Shown here: positions 1-10,800 of the stretch, piece by piece
How the letters are laid out: each line of letters opens with the position of its first letter
Numbering within the stretch: position 1 is the first letter of the stretch
Source: Negaprion brevirostris
Taxonomy: Eukaryota
DNA length: 62,721 nucleotides
Direction of reading: 5' to 3'
NCBI GenBank assembly: GCA_030324005.1
Contig: JARDVH010000132.1
Location: forward strand, 67,323,479-67,386,199
Notes under the pieces: generated by a model
The model's database searches: none
What the model saw: only the letters and a program-made list of their open reading frames with translations
What the model was told of the DNA's origin: nothing
Translations under genes and position numbers: made by a program

Positions 1-204
1 ACAGGGGTGGAGGGATTGCCACTGCTGGGGGCATGGCCTGGATATTGGGGTGCTCTGAAAAGAATGGTCCAGAAGGATGGTTGGTAAAATCGGGCCCCAT
101 ATGTGCATCAATCTCACTACTTTTATGAACACTCCCAACCTCAAATGAAAAAATCTCAGGATAGTCGAACACAACTTAACTTTAAGAAACCCATTTTTTT
201 TAAA

Positions 205-333
205 ATGTATTTATTGGTCACAGGTAGGCTTACATTTGCAATAAAATGAAGTTACTGTGAGAATTCCCTAGTCGTTACATTCCGGCACCTGTTCAGGTAC
301 ACTGAGGGAGAATTTAGCGTGGCTAATGCACCC
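205..333 (-). mobile_element. HE1/V-SINE tail-type-B fragment
   Basis: Matches the 3' end of the full copy at 55990-56272. Confidence 0.75.
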
Positions 334-420
334 TTTCAAAAAACCTCAGAGTAGTCCAACACAAGTTAACTTTAATAAACCCATGTTGGCTGTCATTTAA
401 TAGCCTACATTTTTTTTAAG

Positions 421-690
421 TGACAATTTTCTTTCAGTTTATTGTCTAAACTTCTGTTCATTACTGACGACAGCCTGACTGGCTTTTTGTCTTTTTTTAA
501 GAAACAGGTTATTGTCTTTTTGATAAACAGGTTTTTCCGTTTAGTATCAGTCCCATGTCCAAGCAGGATTAAAAGATTGTGGGCAGATATCTCCACCTTT
601 GCTTCCCTCAGCAATCTAGGATGTATCTTATCTGGATTTGGGCAGTACTAACTTTAATTAACTCCTGAATCTAATCCAATTTCTCTAGTA
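421..690 (-). mobile_element. Old CR1 LINE ORF2 fragment
   Basis: Translates to PNPDKIHPRLLREAKVEI (CR1 PGPDGIHPR.L.E motif). Confidence 0.6.
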
Positions 691-940
691 TTTCCTTTCT
701 TTACAGAAACAGTGACACCATTCACTACTCAAGATAAGCAAAATGTGTTCACTTTGCTACGCCCTTTCGCCACAAGACCACCTTTGTTTGCTCTCTAATC
801 AGCCCCACCCACCTTTTATTATGTCGTTTGCTAACTTATTCCCGTACATGGCCTTTGCTCCTTTATTTTCCACTGTGTCCTATTATCTGACAGATGCTGC
901 TCAGGAACAGTCTTTTCAAAACAGTTATTGCTACATTTGC

Positions 941-968
941 ATATATGTATATATATATATATATATAT
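941..968. repeat. (TA)n microsatellite
   Basis: atatatgtatatatatatatatatatat. Confidence 0.9.
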
Positions 969-1074
969 GAGACCCTTGAAGCCAAATCTTGACACAATCT
1001 GTGTTTGATCTTTTATCTTTCAATTTTCACAAATTCTTTTTTTACAGCTGGAAGTAAATATTAGAAGTACATAC

Positions 1075-1145
1075 CAATTCCTTTGATCAGATGGCAATTG
1101 CCAGGCTGAACTGCAACAAGTTCTCTGAATACACCCAACCTGTTG
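1075..1145 (-). CDS. PON2: Paraoxonase (PON2-like) exon 2: NRLGVFRELVAVQPGNCHLIKGI(E)
   Basis: tttgcag|C...ATT G|gtatgt; 71 nt; matches PON2 [24 protein letters not shown]. Spliced to exon 1, the Cys falls at residue 42, the conserved PON disulfide Cys. Later exons were not found in 1-1074 and presumably lie left of the window. Confidence 0.9.
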
Positions 1146-1192
1146 CTGCAAAGCAATGAAAACCAACATCAATTTAACAGTCTGTTATCACC

Positions 1193-1289
1193 TATAGAAA
1201 GACCATAGAACTCTACAGTGCAGAAAGAGGCCCTTCGGCCCATCGAGTCTGCATTGAACACAATCCCACCCAGGCCCTACCCCCATATC
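1193..1289 (-). mobile_element. HE1/V-SINE tail-type-A 3' end, cut by gap
   Basis: ctacagtgcagaaagaggcccttcggcccatcgagtctgc, shared with 28146-28456 and 28729-29072. Confidence 0.75.
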
Positions 1290-1405
1290 NNNNNNNNNNN
1301 NNNNNNNNNNNNNNNNNNNNNNNNNNNNNNNNNNNNNNNNNNNNNNNNNNNNNNNNNNNNNNNNNNNNNNNNNNNNNNNNNNNNNNNNNCATATCTGTAA
1401 CTTAC

Positions 1406-1560
1406 CAGGAGTGCCAAACTGAATGCAGTTTTCCAAAGTTCTCACAAAGTCAGAGTCACTGAGCTTAATCACATGAAGGCTATTGGCTTTTTCCATATTT
1501 TTTACCCATTTATTTGCCTGACCTTGAGGATCTATCATTAGTGGCCATCTTCGAGCATTC
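1406..1560 (-). CDS. DNAH7: Isolated axonemal dynein heavy chain exon (DNAH7-like, AAA5 region): [51 protein letters not shown]
   Basis: cctgcag|G AAT...CCT G|gtaag; 155 nt, open. [13 protein letters not shown] is a hallmark dynein motif, and [13 protein letters not shown] fits DNAH7 better than DNAH3/12 by recall. No neighbouring dynein exon was found in the window; functional status unknown. Confidence 0.8.
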
Positions 1561-3249
1561 CTGCAGGAAGCCAAACATTTTATTCAACATTAAAGCTGTG
1601 ACTTGTATGATTTTCTATTACATTTGAATGTAATTGGAAGAAATGGGAATAGAACTGTAACTGACAACAATACAATGGTGTCAAATAGTTGGATGTTTTG
1701 ACCATATAACATACTTTTAAAAATAGGGCAGAATCCAATCTTCATATTTCGTGAGGAAAATTGCAAAGCCATTTTATCTTAAGGGACACATCTAACAAAG
1801 TTAACAGTAAAAACAGAGCGATATAACAAAATGGAAAAAATATATCAATGCAAAGGTAGATTACACAATCATATGTAGATGTGCTGATTATTTGAAAGAA
1901 GGCATAGTTTCTACTGTTTGACAGACAAACAAAATGTTGCTTTCTTAACCCCTCTTCCTTATTCCCTCCATCCATAACTTCAACAAGTCTGAGAAATCCA
2001 TGGACTTAGTTGGCTTAAGATTGAGACCATTTAATTAGCTGCTTTTGCTGCTTTCTTCCTCCTTCCCTTAACTCAAAAATCCCCTTAGCTTTTCCCCTGC
2101 TCTAGTTTTGGAATCACCAGTGAGATTTTACGGCCTTGCTTATCCTGAAACCATCAAATCCCACCCAAGATCAATGGACCTTTCCATTGTCCACCCCTCG
2201 CACACTCCAATTCCCATGGTGGGCAGGTGGTAAAATTCCAGCCCACATCTTTCATTTGTCTTCTATTTCATTTCATGTTCTTCCCAAGCTCAGCTCCACT
2301 AATCCTCTTCCACCAAATTGCTGATTACCTAACTGCCCCTCCTGGCCCTCATGCTCACTGATATTGTTAATGGCTTCAATTCCTTAAGTAGTGTTCCCTC
2401 AAATATTTCATCATTACCCTCCTTTTAAAAACCTACCCTACTCGCACCCCCAGCCCCATCGCTTACTTGTCAAAACTCACAAACCTTTGATCCCCTTTTT
2501 TGCAATTCCATGTTTGAACTTCTTCAATCAGGTTTTTAACCTACCAGAGCACTGCAACAACCCTTATTAAATTAGAAATGACATTCTATGTGTCAATAGT
2601 TAACTATGAGCACTCCAAGACCGGAAATTCCTGCCAGAGATCAAGGGACCTTTAAATGGTCCACCAAATAGTCCCACCAGAAAATATACGCCTATATCTC
2701 TGACTGGGATTTAATGAGGAAGTATTAGCCCTGCACAAAACCCCTTCCTCATTTCGAAAGCAGAGGTCAAGCCCATTTCTGCCAGTCCTGGACGCCACAA
2801 AACCATTTTTCAGGCTCAGGCAATTAGATGCCTCAAATTGTGGCTTTCACCTCTCGGAGGCAGATTTGCCACTTGCAAGAGTTAGACAGCCAACATCTCT
2901 TCAGTTGTAGCTGTGCCATCAGGAGCAATCATCATTACTGGGACTACAGTATTTCCCAGAATAAGCTGACATTACAGGCTAGAAAAGGAGACTGAAATCC
3001 CAGCAGGGATCTATCAGTAGGGGCAGCCTTTTTGGCTGAGAGGATCATCTGCAATGCAGAGTGTGCTAATCCAGCTCCCATGAGCCAGCAAGCAAGTTGA
3101 CAACCACACTGAGTGGCATGAGCACCACAACCTAAGTGATAGAAAGAGGCTCTTAGGTAGCCTCCACTGGGAATAATGCAGCAAAGGTGGGTAGATGACA
3201 GGCACACTGCTCCCATCATTTCACACCTCCCTCAAATGTCAGCAGAACA

Positions 3250-3529
3250 GTGTAGAAAGAGGCCCTTTGGCCCATGGAGTCTGCACCAAACACAAGCCCA
3301 CCCAGGCCCTATCCCCATACCCACTAATCCACGCATCCCTGGATTCTAAGGGGCGATTTCAACCTAACCCGCACATCTTTGGACTGTGGGAGGAAACCAG
3401 AGTACCCGAAGGAAACCCACGCAGACACGAGGAGAATGTGCAAACTCCACACAGAGTGTGACCCAAGCCAGGAATCGAACCCAGGACCTTGGAGCTGTGC
3501 AGTGCTAACCACTGCTACCGCGCCACCCC
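3250..3529 (-). mobile_element. HE1/V-SINE (tail A)
   Basis: tRNA-like head (reverse B box GGAATCGAAC) and V-domain ggaaacccacgcagacacgaggagaatgtgcaaactccacacag. Confidence 0.85.
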
Positions 3530-4869
3530 AATTGGAGTGGATTTTCAAGTTACTGCATTGGCATAAAACTAGCATTGCAGATCAGCTGCTCACTATGAAA
3601 CAGCCAGCTTTTTAAAAGTTTTGAATGAAAGTAAGTTTTTTGCAGCACATTGAAAATCTTCCCCCTTAGATAGAACAACTACGTTTCTAGTCAAGTCTTT
3701 CAGACACTAAATATATTTGTCTACAATAGCTAACTGGATATGAGTCCCGGGTGATTCATGTCACCATGATGATGAGGTTAGAGGTGGAAACATTTTCTTC
3801 CATCACCAAAGTTTAACCAGGGTCTTTCAGGAACACAGCACAGATTCTAAACATCAGGATCAAATAATATTATGAGTTCTGCATCAGGATAAAAAAGAGA
3901 ATTTAAAAGATGAGGAGCACCAGAACTCACGAAAATGCAGCCACTTATGTGCTTACGTCACGGGACACTCCTTGAATTTTTTTTAAAGCTATTGGTCTCT
4001 ACAGGGATTGTAACAGAGTGCATGGTATAGATCAAATAAGCCAGATTACATTTTATGTGCCTTTCCTTGACAATAGTGCCTATCAATCCACCTTCCATGA
4101 AAGATGATTGCATGTGACAGTTTTAGTATTGTATATGGTGGTTATCGTATATGGTGGTTCTTGGTTATGATCCCTCGACTAAACCCTTAATTATTAAGGG
4201 GTAACTTTAATCGGTGACTTTAGAAGACATGAAATGAGTGTATAATGCAAAAACCTAAAAGGTGTAACTTTATGTCTCATTCACTAATAATATATGGAAT
4301 ATACAAATTACTTAACTGATACTGGTCAGGTGGAAGCAGCTGAGATTAAGGTATTTAATGTTAGTAATTCTCTCTCCTAATACTTCCATTTACAATATAG
4401 CAGCTGAACTAATAGAATTTGTACCCAAGAGCAAATAAGAACACTACATGGTTGCCAAATGCAGGTCATGTTTTAGATTCTATCCATGCAACAGTCACTT
4501 GTTTTCCCAAAGTTTAAACAAGATAGAGCAAATATTGAGTATATTACTAAACAAGTCAACGTGCAAACTCATGCTCTTTTTGTTATAACCAATGTAGCTC
4601 AAGTATATAGGCAGAGTACAGACTGTACTCAAACCAGCCCACACTTGGAAAACCCGAAGCAAAACACCTCCTATTGGATGTGATTCTGAACAATCTTGCG
4701 TGTGCTGGTAGCTATGCTAAAGAACAATTCAAGATAATCAGTTGAGCAATAACATAGCTCATTTATACTTGTTAGAAGTGACATCAATTCATATACAGGA
4801 CCCGTTATCTGCAAACAAACGTTCAAGCCTTGTGGCATTTCAATTATCCAGGAACTTGGGAAACCTATA

Positions 4870-5447
4870 GTTTCCCCCTGGCAACACCTCAGCTAATCAG
4901 AGTCAACTTACCAATCAGTGCCACTTTCTCATGTAGTTTAAATTAAAGTTAAAGTTTATTTATTAGCCGCAAATAAGGTTTACATTAACACTGCAATGAA
5001 GTTACTGTGAAATTCCCCTAGTCACCACACTTCAGTGCCTGTTCAGGTCAATGCATCTAACCAGCACATCATTCAGGCTGCGGGNNNNNNNNNNNNNNNN
5101 NNNNNNNNNNNNNNNNNNNNNNNNNNNNNNNNNNNNNNNNNNNNNNNNNNNNNNNNNNNNNNNNNNNNNNNNNNNNNNNNNNNNCCAGCACATCTTTCAG
5201 GCTGCGGGGGGAAACAGGTGCACCAGAAGGAAACCCACACAGACGCAGGGAGAATGTGCAGACTCCACGCAGACAGTGACCCAAGTCAGGAATCAAATCC
5301 GGGTCCCTGGCAGTGTAAGGCAGCAGTGCTAACCACTGTGCCACTGTGCTGCCCAGTTTTGTGATTGTTTGAAATTTGGCATTCTTGCATTTGTCCTGAT
5401 GAGTTCAGATGTAAAGCTTTGACAACATGTCTCTCTGTTCAGCAATA
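4870..5447 (+). mobile_element. Second Penelope-like family terminal remnant, split by an HE1 SINE, with a degenerate hammerhead motif at 5391-5425
   Basis: 4870-4944 and 5356-5447 read as one continuous element around the SINE; ttgtc-CTGATGA-...-aaagcttt-gacaa. Confidence 0.55.
4945..5354 (-). mobile_element. HE1/V-SINE (tail B) spanning a gap whose flanks overlap
   Basis: V-domain plus tail B; 5061-5084 and 5185-5208 are 23/24 identical. Confidence 0.85.
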
Positions 5448-5469
5448 TTTTGATGTTAATTTATTCTAA

Positions 5470-5778
5470 TTTTTTTTGCTTTTATTCCAATTCAATCCAA
5501 TCAAGTCCATTCCAGAGTCTCAACAAGTTGAGACATTCCTGATCCAAGCTGACAAGACAGGGTTCTCACCACCTGTTTTGTGCTTGATCGACATGATCCA
5601 AGCTGATTGGAGTAGACATAGTTCTACCTCCAAGGCTTGATTTCATTTGCATCTTAGCCAAAAGGCCCAGATGCCTCTTTTAAAAATTGCTTCAAATAAA
5701 GCTGAAATGTAACCTAATGAGTTCAACCAAGTACAGCATGTCGACACTACACTTGATCTTAGCCAAAAGGCCGAGAAG
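5470..5778 (-). mobile_element. U2 snRNA-headed, poly(A)-tailed non-autonomous retroelement (Keno/Utopia-derived or SINEU-like)
   Basis: 5746-5778 is a perfect reverse complement of U2 nt 5-37; second U2-like segment at 5651-5674; AATAAA (5481-5486) then A8 tail (5470-5477); internal hairpins. Confidence 0.7.
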
Positions 5779-6119
5779 ACCATTTATTTCAAATAAACAT
5801 CTCACTTACAAACCCATTAGCTTCCACTCATTCCAAAACCTGCCTTACTCATCTCACCTCCTGCTCATCCCACCTCTCTTAATAAATATCGTTATTCATT
5901 GGCTTTTGTTTCAAATCTCTTTTTTAAAAAAAGTTTGCACTTGAAACCTATCTTCATCAAAAATGTTCACACGCTTCCCACATTTGCAGCATATTTGTTT
6001 GTATTACTGGGGAAATGATTCCAGCTGTGATACATTTTCTACAGCTTCATCGGGTGCTGTGAACAATCATCAGCAGAATTGCATTTAACTATCATCTGTA
6101 ATCTCAGCATATCCTAAAC

Positions 6120-7810
6120 TTTACTAGGATCACCAGGCCAGTGGACCGATCTTGGTTCAATGAAGAGTGCAGGAGGGCATGCCAGGCATAGCAGACGTAC
6201 TTAAAAGTGAGATATCAACCTGGTGGAGTTACAACACAGTTAACATGCATGTTAAACAACTGACTTTTGCGGGCTTCTTCTACTAAGTGATCTCACAACC
6301 AACAAATCAATGTTCTTCAGTTCTATCACGTCCAGTCATTAATGGTGGTGGGCAATTAAACAACTAATCAAAGGAGAGGCTCTGCAAACACCTTCATCCT
6401 CAATGGTGGCAGACCCCAACATGTCAGTGCAAAAGACAGGCTGAAACATTTGTAATCATCTTCAACCAGAGGTTCCAAACGGATGATCCATCTCAGCTTC
6501 TTCCTGAAATCCCTACTATTATAGACGCCAGTTTTTGGCAATGCTCCTAGTCAAGTACAGCTGCAACACTGGCATCCACTGAAAAAGATTGGAAAATTGC
6601 CCAGTTGTGCCACGTCCACAAAAAACAGGACAAATCCAATCCAGTCAATTACCATCTCAACAGTATACTCTTAAGCAAAGTGATAGATGACATAATTTAC
6701 AATGCTATCAAGTGACACTTGTGCAACAATAACCTGCTCAATGGAGATATTTGCTGATGATTATGAAATGTTCAGTCTCATTTGTGACTGCTCAGATACA
6801 CTTTGTGTCCACATGCAGCAAGACTTAGACAACATTCAGGCTGGGGCTGATTGTTGGACCGTGAATGGTACTTGCTACAAAGAGAGAATCTGATCATCTC
6901 TTCTTGATGTTCAATGGCATTACCATTGCTGAATCCCCCAATATCAACATGCTAGGGGCTGCAATTGACTGAAATTTAACTGAACCATAAATACATAAAT
7001 ACAGCAGCTACAAGAGCAGGTTAAATGTTGGGAATTCTATAGCGAATAGTTCATCTGACTTCCCAAATCGTGTCCACTATCTAGAAGGCACATGTTATGG
7101 AAGTGTAATGGAATACTCCTCATTTTCCATTATGAATGCAGCTCCAAGAACACTCAAGAGGTGTGACCTCATGCTGGACAAAGCAGCCTATTTGATTGGC
7201 ACCCCTTCAACATTCACTCCTTCTACCACTGATACACAGTGGCAGCATTGCACAACAAACCTCCTCTGACAGTATCTTTTGGAACAGGAATAGGCCATTC
7301 AGCAAGTCAATCCTGCCCTGCAACTCAATTAGCTCAAGGATGATCATCTACCTCAATACCACTTTTCCACACTTCCCTTGATGTCATTAATATCAGGAAT
7401 CTATCGATTTCTGTCTTGAACATGCTCAATGATTGAGCTTCCAAAGCCCTCTGGGGTAGACAATTTCAAAGATTCACTGGGCCCTGAGTGAATAAATAAC
7501 TCCTCATCTCAGTCCTAAATGGCCGTGACCTCTTACCACCTAGAAGGAAAAGGAAGCAGATTCAATCTGCATGAGAATGCCAAGACCTGCAGGTTCCTTT
7601 CCAAGATACTTACTATTCTGACTTGGAACTTATATCGCCATTCCTTCACTGTCACTGGGCCAAATTCTGGAATTCCTTTCTAACAGCTATGTGGGTGTAC
7701 CTACATCACATGGACTACAGCTATTTAAGTAAGTGCTCATCACCATCTTTTAGGGATGGGCAACAAATGCTGGCCCAGCCAGCAATGTTCACATCCCATG
7801 AAAGAATATT
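6120..7810 (+). mobile_element. Degenerate CR1-group LINE (second family) with a nested minus-strand CR1 3' end (about 7280-7530)
   Basis: Remnants WKIAQLC.VHKKQDKSNPVNY and IFADD; similar fragments at about 21470-22920 (-) and 61300-61950 (+). Confidence 0.65.
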
Positions 7811-8419
7811 TTTTAAAAGCCCTAGGTATACATATAGTTATTGTGACACTCATTGTGACAATGCTGTCACATTTATGTCATAGTTAAGACTTAGAGTTAT
7901 TTCAGTTTCCACTGATTCCTCATTGTTTATCTGTCTCCAGCTTTCTGCACAGTCGTACCGACCTTGGGAGTTTCAGGAGTCAGGCCTGTTCCCCTCACTA
8001 CTTCAACGTACTCACCTGGATCTTAAAACACTCAATACACTTGGGCTTTAAGCTGATCTCCAGCAACAGATAGGATGCAGCTTTTAATTGTTACCACCCT
8101 GCAATCTTTGGGACAGGGCCTCCCAGACCACGATTCACAATGTGGGATGCTGAATTAAAGCCAGCGAGACCCGAGGCAGCAATGGCTGCCAAAGAGCTCT
8201 ATCTGAGTGTTAATGCTGTAAGACCCCTTGATATCCTTGTGTTTCGAATGGTGGAGATACCCTAATGACTGGTTCTCGAGGCCCGATACCTGTACCAAGG
8301 AAGAATGAAAGAAGCTCTGTGCTTTCTATTTAAAAGTCCTGTAGTTCAAACAACACCTTGTTCTCATGGCTCTCATACCCACCCTCTCTGAGCACTTAAA
8401 TCCCTACTCTCGGAATCAA

Positions 8420-10800
8420 AGAATTGTTACGGCGCAGAAATAGGCCATTTGGCCCATTGTGTCTGTGCCGGCTCTACAGATGAGCATCATGATTTAGTGC
8501 CATTCTCCTGATTTCTTTCTATTCCTGCACATTGTTTCAATTCAAATAATAATCTAATGCCCTTTTTGAATGCCTCAGTGGAATCTGCCCCCACCAGAAT
8601 TTCAGGCAGTGCATTCCAAACATGAACTACCCACTGTGTGAAGTTTTTTCTCACATCACATTTGCTCCTTTTGCAAATCACTTTAAATTTGTGCCCTCTG
8701 GTTCTTGATCCTTTTATGAGTTTCTCTCTTATCTGCTCTGTCCAGCCACCTTGTTATTTTGAAAATCTCTATCAAATATTCATTTAGTCTTTTTCTCTCC
8801 AAAGGGAACAGCCCCAGGCTCTCTGATCTATCCTCTTAACTGAAGTTTTTCATCCCTTGAACCATTCTTTACTATCTTCTGCACACTCTACTTGTGTTCA
8901 GATCTTTTGGATTGTGTGCTGCCCAGAACTGTACACGATATAGCAGCTGGGTGAGGGAGAGATGAAAACAGAAGCCTACTCACTACCCGGAAGTGAGTTG
9001 ATTGCAATTTCAGACGTAAGTTTTAAAGTACAATTGGAACAATAAATTGCACAACATTTTTGAATCATGAGTCATGTTTCTCATTTAAAAAAAAAGTCCC
9101 CACTGGTTGCCTCTGAGCTGAACATTGTGGGAACGTGAAAAAAAAAGCCATTTCCCTGTCTTCCCTTCTACTTGTTTCCACTCGTGTCTAACGCTGTAAA
9201 GGATGCAAAACTCACCATAAGTCCCAGAATTGGTACGTGACCACAGACAGAAGTCCTGTACAAACAGCAAGTAGCAATAGCTTCCCCATGGCCAGGCTAT
9301 ATGTCCCTCAGCAACAGTGAGGAGCTCCAGTGGTTGATTACAACACTGACAGCACAAAGACCGCCTCAAGCACCTGATAACCTGAACATGGAAGATAATT
9401 TTTAAAAGGGGGCGTTGACTACTCTTGGTTGTGTTTCATGTGTACATTGGTTTACTGCCTTGAGGAAAAACAAATTTGCTTTTCCTCTGAAAATGCAACA
9501 AAGTGGCAAGGAAACTTCCAATCCTCACAAACTCCCACCGGTCAACTTGAACATCCAAACTTCAGTTTCAGTTGGCCATTCTCAATTTTGTGATTGGTTG
9601 GATAGGAATATAGTAGCAGGCCATTCAGCCCGTCAAGGCTCCTTGGTCATTTAATATNNNNNNNNNNNNNNCCCACTTCAGTGTATTTTCACAAGCCTCT
9701 GAGAATTTTTTTCTCCTTATCTTGGTCCTAAGTACTTCCTCTTATTTTGAAATTTTGTTCCATAGTTCAAGACTCCCTCACATTATTTCCATATTATATT
9801 TCATCTGCCGTGTTCTTACTTGGGCCTTGCTTGCCCCAAAACCGTAAAATCCCACCCAAGGTCAACAGATCTTTCCATGTTCTGGCCCTCACCTACTGCA
9901 ATTCCCATGGAGGGCAGGGCAGTATAACTCCAGCCATTAAGTCTGTCTAAGTCCTCCTGTAGCTGCTTTACATATTCAAATTATTTATTGATATTATGAA
10001 CAGTTGGAGCCTGACTATGGATCTTCGCAATACCCCACTAGGCACACCCTGTCTACAAGAGTATGACTCATTTCCAATCCTTTATTTTGTTACTGTCAGC
10101 CAATCCTTATCCCACGCCAATATATTACCGCCTATCTAATTTTGCTAACAAACCTCCTATGGGGGATTTTGTCAAAAGCCTTACGAAAACCCAACTTTAC
10201 TGTATCTATCTCTTTAACAATTCTGGCAGTAACATTCTCAAATAACTCCAATAGGTTCGTCAAACATGACTTCTCATTCATAAATCCATGTTGATTATGC
10301 TTACTCAGATCATTATTATCCAAATGTCCAGTCATCACATCCTTTATAATAGATTCTAGCATTTCCCCACTTCTGAAGTAAGGCTAACAGATCTGTAGTT
10401 TCCTGTCACCCCCTCCCTCCAACTTCTTAAATAGAGGAGTCGACATTTGCAACATTCTAACCGTTCATAATTTTGGAAGATGACCACCACTGCATCCACT
10501 ATTTACATAACTACATCTTTCAACAATCATTTGGTCCTGGGGACTGATTAACCTCCAGTGTCTAATTTCACCAGTACAAGTTTCTTACTAATATTAACTT
10601 CTTTCAGTTCCTCATTCTCCCTAATCCTTGGGTCTCTAGTTCTGGGAGATTTCTTGTACCTTCCTCAATGGAGGCAGACACAAGGGAATCATTTACTTTT
10701 CTGCCGTTTCCCTATTCCACAATATAAGCTGTCCTGAGCTTGCCAGGAATGGCATTGGTTTGTCTTAGTTGCATGTATCTTTTTTACATACTATAGATGC
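8420..10800 (-). mobile_element. CR1 LINE fragments on both sides of PON exon 1 (8420-8950 and 9605-10800)
   Basis: FTQWVVHVWNALP 3' motif; NQHGFM.EKSCLTNLLELFE...FRKAFDKIPH RT motif. Confidence 0.8.
9216..9289 (-). CDS. PON2: Paraoxonase (PON2-like) coding exon 1, hydrophobic N-terminal anchor MGKLLLLAVCTGLLSVVTYQFWDL(C)
   Basis: Strong Kozak ggccATGG; 74-nt coding exon ending TG|gtgagt, the same length and phase as mammalian PON exon 1. Joins in frame to the exon at 1075-1145 and lies head-to-head with ASB4 like human PON2. Which PON paralog is inferred from position only. Confidence 0.85.

Noticed and set aside
3195-3615. ORF-track peptides such as PHIFGLWEETR / VAQWLALL, recurring at 5035, 24134, 26820, 27898, 28750 and 55911
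   Set aside because: They are translations of HE1/V-SINE copies, not genes.
4818-4860. TFKPCGISII on the + strand, resembling PON FNPHGIS
   Set aside because: Wrong strand and position relative to PON exons 1-2, no splice sites, and no similarity in the flanks.
5746-5778. Functional U2 snRNA gene
   Set aside because: Only nt 5-37 are present; there is no Sm site, no 3' stem-loops and no recognisable snRNA promoter.
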